Shown here piece by piece: positions 36,707 through 48,294 of a DNA stretch of 48,294 nt (its first letter is position 1; each line of letters opens with the position of its first letter). Position numbers and translations under genes: made by a program. Under the pieces are notes generated by a model that saw nothing but the letters and a program-made list of their open reading frames with translations, ran no database searches and had not been told where the DNA came from. The DNA is from Octopus bimaculoides. Lineage: Eukaryota. The DNA is taken from the NCBI RefSeq assembly GCF_001194135.2, contig NC_068984.1, positions 51,277,154-51,325,447 on the forward strand, written 5' to 3'.

Positions 36707-36982
36707 TAAGGCGGCGAGCTGGCAGAAACGTTACCACGCCGGGCGAAATGCTTACCGGTATTTCGTCTGCCGAACGTTCTGAGTTCAAATTCCGCCGAGG
36801 TCGACTTTGCCTTTCATCCTTTCGGGGTCGATAAATTAAGTACCAGTTACGCACTGGGGTCGATGTAATCGACTTAATCCGTTCGTCTGTTCTTGTTTGC
36901 TCCCTCTATGTTTATCCCCTTGTGGGCAATAACGAAATAGGTATTTCGTCTGCCGTTACGTTCTAAGTTCAAATTCCGCCGA
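36707..36982 (+). mobile_element. Well-preserved family A SINE with an alternative 3' tail, plus a short tandem partial repeat
   Basis: taaggcggcgagctggcagaaacgtt..gagttcaaattccgccgaggtcgactttgcctttcatcctttcggggtcgataaattaagtaccag; tail ..gtttgctccctctatgtttatccccttgtgggcaataacgaaata; then gtatttcgtctgcc..aaattccgccga is repeated. Confidence 0.92.
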
Positions 36983-38599
36983 TTTGGGATTCCTTTTGGA
37001 CTATTAGATCCTTGATCCGTAAATTACAATCAGAACAGGAGAAGAACAATAATCTTACTGGATTTAGTTGGATCTTTTCCAGTATCCCCCCACCACGCTC
37101 TTTATCAGATTGGTATTACAACCTTACACTTGAACTCTCAATGTGGTCGAACATATGGTTTGTAAGTACTAGAATTTGGAGAATTTTAAGAACTGTCATA
37201 AATTTCACTGTGAGAGATAGCTCACTTTCCCCATTTTACTCCCTTGGAGATCATGTCGATCACCTTAGTTTCCGCTGATGAATTACAGTAAACTATTTAG
37301 TTACCTTAACGTATTGCAAGTAGTGAAATATCAGGTATTCAAATACAATTGCTTTTTTTGGTGTGATACAGTTACGTTCACTGTGACCCGTAACATACTA
37401 GTGCAGTTCTGTTATATATATTCTAATTTATAGCACCCATAATTAAAATTTCAGGGAAACTAACAATATGTTAGTTCCACTTTACTTTTTGTTGTTCGTG
37501 CATCAGGGGACCTGAGTATTCCCGTCCCGGTACTCTTTAAAGTCATAACACCATTCACTGGTCACACAATAAAATTCTATATACTTCTCCAGTCATCTAA
37601 AACCTGAAAGTTATGATTCAGACTTTACTTACCATCGAGATAGTGCAGTCATGCAAGACTTAACTATATCCGGTGTTATCACCATCACTGTATAACATTT
37701 TTTTTTCCTTATTGTGGGGGAAATTTTAATTATCTAACATTTAAGTCACGAAATTTAGTATATTGACGTACATTTTACTAACAGTATCATTAATTCTGAG
37801 CAGCATTAATTGTAAGAGCCTGCTTAAACATGTGAGGTGGCATGATATTTCTTTCGTTATTCACTAATCCTAAGCTATTATCGAACTGTAGAACACAAAC
37901 CCTCTCCAGATTACGCATAGTCTCAAAAACTAGCATTTCTCCGTCGAATTAACCATCGTTGATTACCATTCTAACGGACCAAAGGGACACAACCTTTATT
38001 TCCCTTCCCTGCTTCTGACGTTTTTCGCATTTTTTCTTTCGATCTTTCTCATTCTCTCTCTCTTCTTAGAGAAAAGCCATGTTTTATTTTGAGCTTGAAA
38101 GATTGCTAAATAGTACACGGCACACTATACACGCTCTTTCGACTATTGTACTATTAGAGCATAAAACTTATAGTAGCTTACATTTAAATCGTATGCTTAT
38201 ATACATGTATGTATGTATCCATGTATATGGATAAACACGTGTGTTTATGCCTACATATAAATTGGGCTGTACAAACGAGAGAAAATGTACTCAATACATG
38301 CGGTAGATTTTGTTTATTCGTTCCATTGTGCCCATTTACTCCGTCGTTACTCATAACATCTCAGTATGCGCAACCATCCATCTTCTAGTCGCCTGAATGA
38401 TAACACTTACGAGAAACTTTTGAGTTGCGATAGAGGGAACACTCAACATGTCGAAGAAAAGAAGAAAAAGAAAAAGAGCTGCTTATTTTACAGATATTCC
38501 TAGGGTAGACAGTCTGGTCTACAGGATTTGAAAGCAGAACTTCTATATTTATAAAATATCGAGTAACGTGTTTTGTCAACTCGGTGAATGCGGATACAT

Positions 38600-39109
38600 T
38601 TGATGTCTTACAAATAAAAACCGAATTTCCCTTAAATCCTACTTAAGTGTCTTAAAAAGGGGAGAACATAATGGATAATATAATTATCAAAAAGATGGGG
38701 CAGCCATGGAGGAAAGCCTTTAATCTTCATCTCTCCGCTAGAGCAGAGGTAATCTTTAGTTAAACAACAACAGTGTGAAATTGATTCAAGAACCCCTTCC
38801 AACTGCACAAAAACATCCTTGACTATTTCTACTACATAGTTACTATTTGACTTGCTAGAAATAGCAACTAAATCTCCTTGAATTTAAACCATTACGTTTT
38901 CAAAAGTGAAGGAGATGACATCAGATGATGTAGTCCTATATACACTATGCTTGAAACAAAAAAATAAACTTTCTGTTCACGGATAGAACATCTCTGCTAG
39001 GTTCGTCAAAGCTGGCGTGGATTTTAAATATCCACAACTCATCTCCTTCAGTTTATTAAATAATGAGAAGCAAACCTACAAATGTAATAAATAGGAAAAG
39101 AAACTGGTA

Positions 39110-39142
<33 letters not shown>

Positions 39143-39340
39143 CAGACGGAGATGGAGGAGCTGGGGAGTGAGAGAGTAGTTGTTGTTTAACCACAGATCG
39201 ACTGTGATCAAGCAAATTACCATAGGGGTATTCCCCTGGTGACCATCCCGTATTCTTCCTCCTTCTCCAAACAGTACACTTAGGATATGCTGCCTTTCTT
39301 TTTCGTAGGGGAATTTGGATGCTATTTCTAGCAGGTAGTA
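38600..39340. repeat. Cluster of old dispersed-repeat remnants ending in ..taaacaacaac
   Basis: Related segments at ~38680-38772 (+), ~38850-38960 (+; gctagaaatagcaactaaatctcc) and ~39175-39335 (-); similar ends near 3030 and 40715. Family not identified. Confidence 0.4.
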
Positions 39341-40112
39341 TGGCCATTTAGTGGTGGTTTCCTCGTTAGCTTTTAACTTATATTGCTGTTTGTGTGGGAG
39401 GGAAATGTATTTACTTCATCTTTCTATTCTCAATCAATGTAATTATTTCCTTTTTCCGTTTCCAGTAATATCAAATTTCGACCAGACGATATCACGAATG
39501 AATGACAGGAAGTAAGCGAAACTTTACTGGATGCAAATAAACAAGTGACGTACAGTGGTCCCAGCATTGATTTAAAATTGGTAACTTATGCACTGTCGGA
39601 TGCCAGATGTTTACTTAGCAGACCGAGACCACAAGTTCGGCGGTTTCGATCCTGTTAGTCGCAACACTTCTCTTATGACTTCGTATTCTTTTCTTCCAGT
39701 ACCATCAACAATTTTATTAGTTATATCCTCGAAACGACCATAATACAGTATAAATCACTAAAATTTCAGAATAACAGCGGTGAATGTAGTGGGAGTGGAG
39801 GAATATTTGTAAGTTTGCCAAAGAAAGAGGAAATTTTCATCATTGGATTGTGGCCATGCTGGGACACCGCTTTGAACAATTTAGTCAAGCTAATCTACCT
39901 CAGTACTTATTTTTTGAAGTCTGGTGCTTATTCTATCAGTTCTTTCGCCGAACCTCTAAGTTATGGGTACGTAAACAAACAAGCAGAGGTTGTCAAGCGC
40001 TTGTAGAGGGACTAACAAAAACACAAAGACACACACATGTATATACATTTATATATATATATATATTCATGTATGTATGTATGTATGCATGCATGTATGT
40101 ATGTATGTATGC

Positions 40113-40330
40113 GGTTAGGACAGCGGACTCGCGGTCGGAGGATCGCGGGGTGGTGGCGACCCCTGTTGTACTCTTTCGCCCCAACTTTCTCTCACTATTT
40201 CTTCCTGTTTCTTGAATAACGCTGCGATGGACTGGCGTCCCGTCCAGCTGGGGAGAATACATAAGCCATAGAAACCGGAAAACTGGGCCCATGAGCTTGG
40301 CTAGGCTTGAAAAGGGCGCATAAATAAAAA
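40113..40330 (+). mobile_element. SINE: head H2 (internally deleted) joined to tail T1
   Basis: ggttaggacagcggactcgcggtc..ggatcgcgg|ggtggtggcgacccctgttgtactcttt..cttcctgtttct then tgaataacgctgcgatggactggcgtcccgtccagc..aaagggcgcataaa. Confidence 0.88.
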
Positions 40331-40351
40331 AGAAAATGTATGTATGTATAA

Positions 40352-40512
40352 GATGGGCTTCCACACAATTTTCGTCTCTACCATATTCACTCACAAGGCA
40401 TCAGTCGGCCCAAAGCTATAGTACAAGACACTTACCCAAGGTGCCATGCAATGGGGCTGAACCTGAAACCGTGCGATTGTAAAGCTATCTTCTTAGCCAC
40501 ATGACCATGCCT
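40352..40512 (-). mobile_element. Family C SINE
   Basis: Reverse-complement homolog of 9213-9380 (caggcatggtcatgtggctaag..ggcaccttgggtaagtgtcttgtactatagc..gccttgtgagtgaatatggtag). Confidence 0.8.
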
Positions 40513-40996
40513 GAAATATATGACCGTGCCTGAAATAAGACCTTTAAATGTTTGTTTGCAAATACATATTTCTTAGTCAGAGAGTAGTTGTTTAACCAGT
40601 TTAAAAAAATGAATGTCCAAGAGTAGACATTTCCTGAAAAAAGAAAAGGTGGCGAGTTGATCATAGGTTGAATGCAGTTGGTTATAGATCTATTCAATCG
40701 GAAATGATCTAGAGTTAAACAGCAACAGCCTTACTTTTTATCATCGAATGTTGATTCGATCTACGAAACTCTTTCATGAAATGCTAGCAGAAATTCAGAA
40801 GTAGCCAGCATAGAGGAAAGGTTAAGCTCTCCGTAAGATAAGTCTCAAAACACCAGCAGAAATGTCGGTCTGAGTTTTTGGATAATAACATAAATGCTAT
40901 AAGAACTGGTTTTTGTTAACCTAAGCATTAAGGGAGTGCCATATGTCTCTTCATTTCGTCAGAGTATTGACTTTAAAATCCACTTCCAATGTAAAC

Positions 40997-41100
40997 CAGT
41001 CGTTCTCAACCATTTATTGCCCTTGGATACTATTCTACTCGGGTTGACCTACATAGCCATTCAATGTTTAAAAAATATCCTATTATTATATGTTTATAAT
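40997..41100 (+). mobile_element. Possible hAT-type MITE end
   Basis: Begins cagtcgttctcaacc, similar to cagtggttctcaacc hAT termini; the other end was not found. Confidence 0.3.
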
Positions 41101-41796
41101 ATGATATAGCGCTATATCAATTGCATGATGTGGAAAATATTCCAACAGCACTGCCCAAATGATTCTGACATCCACTTTAAAATTCACCCGAGGCTTGGTC
41201 CCCGCGCTATCCGTCCTCTACAAAAGTCAAGAGTGAGAGGAAGAGAGGGACTGATGGATAAACTGAAGTTTTTCGTTTTGTAAAATGGTGACAAACTCTG
41301 AAACAAGTCAGATCGATTTTTTGTTCTAGGTTCTATTTTGATTTTAGTTTGGTATTGCTTTGTTCTTTCTCGAGTGTTGGTATCCTCAAAAGGAAAATAT
41401 TAGTAAGCAACACATGTATTTTGTACAAGGATTCGAATCTTCATTTTCCATTTCACTCGATAAAATGAGAACCACACAAGTACTAGGATTCCGTAAATCA
41501 ACTTTCCTGTTTCTCCCACATTCAGGGAGGGAACTTTGTGATTACGTCGAGAATCATTTTTCTGTACAACATATTTTTAACTTCTAGAATGTTTAAAGGG
41601 CTTTGTGGTTTTTGTTGCGGCTCTTTACAGTCCCATTTCCAATCCTAATAGGGGTCTTTTCTCTATCTGGAATCGATAAACTTAGTACCAACCATGTGAC
41701 GAGTGAACGACACACCTGGTCGAACTAAAATGCCGTAATCATATCAACATGATTTTGTTATGATTTTATTCATTAACATCTCGTCTCACTAACAAC

Positions 41797-41798
41797 AT

Positions 41799-41844
<46 letters not shown>

Positions 41845-41925
41845 NNNNNNNNNNNACACACGCACGCATACTCACACACACACTCTCACACCCACACACA
41901 TACTCACACACAAACATTCACATTT

Positions 41926-41957
<32 letters not shown>

Positions 41958-42081
41958 ATACCCTGGCATACATCCTATAATTCACTCACATATACTCACT
42001 AATTCTTCTGTCTCTCTCTGTCTCTCCCTTTTTCTCTCTTTATCTGTTTCACTCCCTCCTTCTCTCTTTATCTCCCCCCTA

Positions 42082-42154
<73 letters not shown>

Positions 42155-42250
42155 TTCGCTCTGCCACTGTCTCTCTCACATTCTTTCTCTTTCCCTCTGT
42201 CTCTCTTTCTCTTTCTTTCTCTTTCTCTCTCTCTCTCTCTCTCCCTCTCC
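41797..42250. repeat. (AC)n then (CT)n microsatellite block
   Basis: Direct reading. Confidence 0.9.
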
Positions 42251-43396
42251 AAAAGGGACCCTATTAAAAGATACAACTCAAACAAGGAAGAAAAGACATC
42301 GAGTGAATCTTATGTTAAAAAAGTTAACTCAACATTGATGATGTTGCGTATAGAATTTACTGAATACAACATTTGCTATATAATATTTGCTTTAACATCA
42401 TATCTCCAATGAATCTATTTGGTCCATGGCAATTTTGGATAACTGCTGATTACGAATGGAATATAATTTGCACAGATGTTGTAGAAATAAGGTTTTTGCT
42501 TATCGAAGACACTTTCAAACATCTCGTTCTCCTTTATCAAATCGGATATCTGTTTGCAATCAATATCCTGTTCTGAAATGGGAAACGTGTATTTTTCTAG
42601 GTGTGATATGATATTATTACGAGAGGGCCAGAGGGCATTATTTACTCTCGTCAACATCGTATTTACGGTTTAAGCACCCATACCTAACACACGAACAGGC
42701 GCATGCGTACGTTTGTTTTTGTATGTATTCATGTGTCTATGTATAAGTATACATGTGCATGCATTTTATGTGCATGTGAATGTATATATTTGAATGCCTT
42801 TAGAATATGTGCTGATAGAACAGATGTACATGAAAGTATGCCAATTCGTAGATAGGGATATTATGAGGTTGGTAATGTGTGTATATGTACACACACACAT
42901 ATGTATAATAAAAATCTGGCTTAGAAGGATGGCAGAGGAACATACAGACTAACAGGAAAACATTACATAGTAGACGCTGATAAACTCAGTTTCTCAGTTC
43001 TGATGATATTTATGCACCAAATACCAACACCAGTTATGGACCAAATATCATCAAAATTTCGATAGCTGAATAATTATGTGTGCGTGCGTGTGTGTGTGCG
43101 CACGTGTGTGTGTGTGTGCGTGCGTGTGTGTGTGTGTGCGTGTGTGTGTGTATGCGTACGTGTGTATTTGTATGTATGCATGTGTGTGTGTGTGTGCGCT
43201 TGCGTGTATGAGTGCGTCTGTGTTTGTGTGTATTCGCACTGTAGTAGTATGGTTTAAAAGTTCATTTTGCAACCACTAGGTCCTGCGTTCGATCCCACTG
43301 TACGGCATCTTGGATTGTTGTTTTTTTGTATCTGCGGATTGACGTTTATCTAGTGAAAGTGGTAACTTTAAAGAAAGTGTCGTATGGATTATATAT

Positions 43397-44640
43397 TGTT
43401 ACGAACGCCCGCACGCGAAGCACATCGAAGAAGAGCGCGCGCGCGCGAACGTCGACGCTCAGTGAGTCGGGATGTTCGCCAAGACTAAGCCCAGCCGGAG
43501 CACGTAACGACGACAACAGGCAAGGAAGAAGAAATAACACAGAGACCATACGTTGCGTAGTGAAACTAACTTCTTTTTACATGATCAAAACAATACATCA
43601 TCAATACAAAACATCATTGCATAACAATAATCCAATAACATGTAACAATAGCGTTTCCAAGCATTTAACATAATCAGAGCTTTACAATCAGAGTTCGTAT
43701 ATCAAGTCAATTAAAAGTTCTTTTACTTCTTTGTTTTTCTTTTCTTTGAGCAACATGTCACAACAAAGTTCTTTCTTTTCTTTTCTACCATTTAACAAGA
43801 GTTAGCAAAGTTTTTTCTTTTCTTTTCTGCCAGTTAACATCACAGTTAACAAAATCTCTTTTTCTTTTAAAACATGTAACAACAAAGTACATTTTTCTTT
43901 AAAGAATATTTAAACAAACCTTCACCGCAAGAATTTCCTTTCCTTTAAATTTCCCACTACAATCACAAGAACTGACCAACTGACTACTACAATCTTTTGC
44001 CTGCCACAACAGTTCCATCTCTCTGTCCCTCTCTCTCAGACTCTATCCATTTCTGCTGACTGGTACCTTCTGACCATAGAGTCTCTCTTTCTCAGCCTCT
44101 TTCTGTCAGACTTATCACCGACCGCTCTGTCCATCTTCACTGGCTGCTGGCCTTCACATCGACTCGCGTTCTTCATCCAACTGCCGTCAACCAACTGCTC
44201 GATGCCAACTATCCTACCGTATTTATGACAAATACCATAGCTTACAGTGCTACATTACCCCCTCCAAAGCTGTGTCAGTTTAGTACAGTTCCTAACTTGT
44301 TTTTCTAAACTTTCGGTGGCCGGAAAGGGTCATCGATCATACTCCTACGTTAAAAATAACTGTACTTGTTGACAGGACAAAAGAAATACCATTGCCCTCA
44401 ACAACCAGAATACGGTTTCAAACCCAGCTCGAGGAATAGGGACATAACGTTATTTTGTTTTTCGGCGGTCCGTATCAATATGTAATCCACAAGATCCAGT
44501 CTTATTTTAGATTGTGTAACGCTGGTTATACTTGAGAATTGTGTTGATTCACGTGTTGATGGAATGCTCAACCAATTTGGTGTTATCACAAGAGTAGATA
44601 ATTTGATTGACTGAACAACATAATTTACGTTTAACATCTG
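43397..44640 (-). mobile_element. 3' end of an LTR retrotransposon: ~858-bp LTR (43397-44254), PPT and short internal remnant
   Basis: Minus strand ggagggggtaa (PPT) directly precedes TGTAGCAC; the other end reads ..CGTAACA (tgttacg at 43397). The internal part is only weakly integrase-like (YILIRT..LKPYSG). Confidence 0.6.
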
Positions 44641-44762
44641 AGGTCCACCACCACCAACACCATCACCACCATATATACATATACATATATAAACACACAC
44701 ATATATATNNNNNNNNNNNNNATATATATATATATATATATATACATACACACATACATACA

Positions 44763-44865
44763 TACGAGGTCTGATCAATTAGTATCCGGAATGTTGCATT
44801 AGTAACGATGCTAAAGCATGCAGAGTAAAGCTGATTGGCACAGGTTGACATTGATTTCTGCTGAC
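44763..44865 (+). mobile_element. Mariner-type 5' terminus (TA + cgaggtctgatcaa..)
   Basis: ta-cgaggtctgatcaattagtatccgga..gtaacgatgctaaagca resembles mariner TIRs starting tacgagg; no partner TIR seen. Confidence 0.55.
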
Positions 44866-44994
44866 ATAATTAAAGTGACGCACACGGTTTTCAACACTCG
44901 ATTTGGATATCTCGAGAAAAAGGGCCATCATCCTTGTCGTTTAATGGAAGTTGGTGTCGACTAATATCTCCTTCATTTTCTCTCTGTTAATCTG

Positions 44995-45333
44995 TTGGCC
45001 GGTCTGAGCGAGGTGCATCGTGAACAGAAAAAATTTCCCTATCGAAATCTTGAGAAGCACTTTCGGCACAAATGTTCCATAACATCATCAACTCTGTCCA
45101 CAATGCAGATGTCCTCCATGTTTCCACTTATATCTTGCCTTTTAACAGTATTAAAGCATAAGGTGCCAATAATGTTCATTTCAATTCTCCATTATCAGGA
45201 TGATCCCAGGCATATACAAGTTCGTGTGGAACATCGTTGAAGTGTCAATTATCTAGCGAGTATGCATGCGCAAGGAACAGACTGATGTTAGCTACTTATA
45301 AAAAGCCGAACGACCTTTTTGGCCAACCCAATA
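44995..45333 (-). mobile_element. Mariner 5' fragment (TIR + N-terminal HTH of transposase)
   Basis: Minus strand starts tattgggttggccaaaaagg; coding remnants NEHYWHLML and CRKCFSRFR*GNF/SVHDAPRSDRP match the mariner WFxRFRxG..DxPRSGRP motif. Confidence 0.75.
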
Positions 45334-45509
45334 TTTATTGACATTGAAATGAGAATAGTTTGTTTATTATTAAATGAAACACGTTAAATAATAAATGCCG
45401 TCCCAAATATAAAGCAATTCAGGATATAATAGGCTTGTGCTTTTTTATACAATTTTACAACTTCCATTTTTTTCTTCTTATTTGTCCGAAATTTTACATA
45501 AACACACAC

Positions 45510-45785
45510 ACGAGAATGGGCTCCAACTCTGCGAACCTGTTTGTTGGCTACGTTGAGTCCCAAATATTTTCGAATTCCACTGGTCCCACTCCTGAACTAT
45601 ACGGTCGTTATATTGACGACTGTATCGGTGCGACCTCACTCATCCGCAAACAACTAGACTCTTTCCTCTCTTTTGTCAAATCTTTCTATCCTGCCCTCCA
45701 TTTCTCCTGCACTATTTCCGACACCTCAGTCGCCTTTCTCGACGTTTCGGTCAGCATTCATCACTCCACCCTCACCACCTCCATT
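45510..45785 (+). mobile_element. Penelope-like RT fragment (Neptune-like motifs)
   Basis: TRMGSNSANLFVGYVE..PELYGRYIDDCIGA..FLSFVKSFYPALHFSCTISDTSVAFLDV; YIDD at 45609-45620. Confidence 0.88.
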
Positions 45786-46634
45786 GCTTGCTTGCTTGGA
45801 AACACACGGTACGATTTATAAGCTTGTCAGATCATCGTGTTTTCACACTTTGAAAGTAAGAATAACTCGAATTTAAATTCTGTATATATAAAATTAAATT
45901 TATCTTTCAATGGATGGAGTACTTTTTCTGTCGATGCCACCAATATAGAAACCCTCTTGCTATTATACTTCAAGTTTCTCTTGTAAAGTAACATTTAGTC
46001 ATCAAATTGGAAAGAAAGAAAAATCTCTCACTTCTATGGTAACCTTAAAGGGTCATCACATTAGTAATACACATGAGAAATTTCTTTTCTTTTGTTGTGT
46101 TTTATTTGTTTTGTCTTGTTTTCAGCACTAAGTAAATTTTCTTTTTACAATAATTCAAATGGTCAAGTGAATAAGAAATCGGTATATCTAAGCGAATCGA
46201 TACCGCTTTCAATTCTATAGGCATCATTTTATTATGTTCAGCTATCTATTTTTTCTACTTAACTTAGTCCAATTGAGTCTCGGATTTAATAACCAGGTTA
46301 ATTTTTATTTATGTCCTAGTCTGGGATGGTAACTATTCTCATGTCTTTTGCGGGGCAAGGAAAGTATTGTCAATACGTTTTACGTTCAGCTGGAACATCT
46401 GCAAATCAATATCTGTAACATATAAAAAAAAGTTTGGAGAAAAGAATTCTCGGGTGTTGAGGATTGTGTTTAAACATCGTGAACACGGTGCGGCGTAGAA
46501 TAGTGAAATAATAGTAGGAGTGACGAAGAAAAGAGAGGGTCGTGGAGATGGGTCCGGATGGAAATGGTATAAAACTACATAGTTCTAATGAGCAGATACC
46601 AATGTAATTTCAATATAAGACATTGAGCGACAGA

Positions 46635-46648
46635 TAGACGAAGAGAGA

Positions 46649-46720
<72 letters not shown>
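46635..46720. repeat. (GA)n microsatellite
   Basis: Direct reading. Confidence 0.95.
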
Positions 46721-46721
<1 letters not shown>

Positions 46722-47306
46722 GGAGAGAATGGAAGGTAGATATAAAGAGAATGATGAGACATTGCGTCTTTGGGCCAGAAGTTGCAATGTGTTGCTATTT
46801 GCTAGCTATAATGTTTTTTTCTTTTTATTGGTTATGCACCGGTGTACTTTCCAGAGAAGACTTATCTCTTATTCTTTTATCAGCTGTCCACGTATTTCTA
46901 CACAACTCAGCTCAGATAGAATTACAAGATCTTCTGGGTGTTTTACTCATAATAAAGTGACGAGAAATTTTATTTCTCATCGGCTGAACACCACAAAACT
47001 GAACTGCAACGTAGGCCATCAAAAGTTTGTGTTTCACTTCGTTTTTATAGTATTCAGCAGATATATACATTTATTTTCCGGCCTTATTATGTTGATTCTA
47101 TGATTTATCTGTTGTATCTCCGTTGTGCAGTAATGGCACGTTCAGAGAAATATGTTATTTAGTAAATGCTTCGTCACTGGTTAAGAAAACTAATTTAAAA
47201 CGCTCGTTGTGTTTTTGTCTCCGGCTCTGCTTGAGATGGTACTTGACACCTCTCATTCGCAAAGCATTCTTCACTTTCTTGCGGATGTAATTGCAATAAT
47301 AAGAGT

Positions 47307-47694
47307 GGAGGCGCAATGGCCCAATGGTTAGGGCAGCGGACTCGCGGTTATAAGATCGCGGTTTCGATTCCCAGACCGGGTGTTGTGAGTGTTTATTGAG
47401 CGAAAACACCTAAAGCTCCACGAGGCTCCGGCAGGGGATGGTGGCGAACCCTGCTGTACTCTTTCACCACAACTTTCTCTCACTCTTACTTCCTGTTTCT
47501 GTTCTACCTGTAATTCAAAGGGTCAGTTTTGTCACACTGTGTCATGCTGAATATCCCCGAGAACTACGTTAAGGGTACACGTGTCTGTGGAGTGCTCAGC
47601 CACTTGCACATTAATTTCACGAGCAGGCTGTTCCGTTGATCAGATCAACTGGAACCCTCGACGTCGTAAGCGACGGAGTGCCAACAACAACAAC
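47307..47694 (+). mobile_element. Full-length tRNA-derived SINE (head H2 + tail T2) with (CAA)n end
   Basis: ggaggcgcaatggcccaatggttagggcagcgg (A box), ggtttcgattccc (B box), body, tail ..cacgagcaggctgttccgttgatc..cgtcgtaagcgacggagtgcc(aac)n. Confidence 0.92.
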
Positions 47695-48294
47695 TGCAAT
47701 AAACTCTAAATCATCAAAGTATCACTTTTATCACATGAAATTATGTAGACGATGTATAAATGCGGCTACGTAAAGGCGTCATGGAGACAGAATTGAGTGA
47801 AATCTTAATGTTTAAGCAGCTGCTTCAAAACCATTTGTATTTGACTATATTGCTCTTATCGGTTACTGCAGCAGTGCCGTCTTAGCCGCATGAGTGGCCT
47901 TCAAGCAAAACAATGCACAAGGTCCTGTATATTTATTTACTGATTGTAAGCCACAACGTACAAACATCAAGGATCTAGTTCAAAACGGGGGCACCAATAT
48001 TTTCTTAACGAAACACTTTGAAACTTGGGACACTGGTAGAATGTGTCATATAAAACATCTTTTTCTCTTAGTCTTCTTAAGAAAAATTATTATATTGCAA
48101 TTTATTTCATGTTCAAGTTGTCGTATTTCTGTAATTTCAACCAATGACTGACGTCCATTCAGCCGATTACATTAAGTGCTGACTACGTAAACAAACGATT
48201 CTCAAACGATTCTGGCGGTGATAAAATTATTATTTCCTTGTCAAAAAATGGCTGAAGCATGTTGGCAGTAGCTAATAAACCCTTCTATTATAGG

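Noticed and set aside
43001-43053. 11-bp inverted repeat tgatgatattt/aaatatcatca preceded by c (ctgatga)
   Set aside because: No hammerhead GAAA or stems; short AT-rich inverted repeats are expected by chance.
45740-45770. UGAUGA..GAAACGUC on the minus strand
   Set aside because: It lies within PLE RT codons (FLDVSVSIHH), lacks C3 and has no stem II.
424-46787. Many long ORFs rich in YI/CV/HT/ER/SL or X
   Set aside because: They are translations of microsatellites and N gaps, with no protein-family signal.
47307-47385. tRNA genes at SINE heads (also 5340-5408, 9213-9280, 15295-15369)
   Set aside because: A/B boxes are present but there is no complete cloverleaf, and each continues into a repeat body.

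Overview
AT-rich, gap-riddled eukaryotic sequence with no supportable host gene. Dense AT/AC/ATAC/AGAT/ATT/CT microsatellites and the repeat families resemble an octopus (coleoid cephalopod) draft assembly; this is inferred from remembered repeat content, not from a search. Nearly all long ORFs in the track are microsatellite or N-gap artefacts. Real content is transposon-derived: several tRNA-derived SINE families; three Penelope-like (PLE) remnants (two RT, one GIY-YIG); an internally deleted Tx1/L1-like LINE; four Tc1/mariner fragments, one with DD36E spacing; a Helentron-type HINE; a fold-back MITE; and the 3' end of an LTR retroelement. The most notable signal is an apparently intact type I hammerhead ribozyme on the minus strand (17651-17702) inside a ~335-bp tandem unit, i.e. 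a retrozyme-like arrangement. A second, mutated minimal hammerhead lies behind a tRNA-like Pol III promoter in a segment inverted against a PLE RT. SINE head and tail modules occur in all four 2x2 combinations. All alignments, folds and translations were done by eye; element boundaries are approximate.
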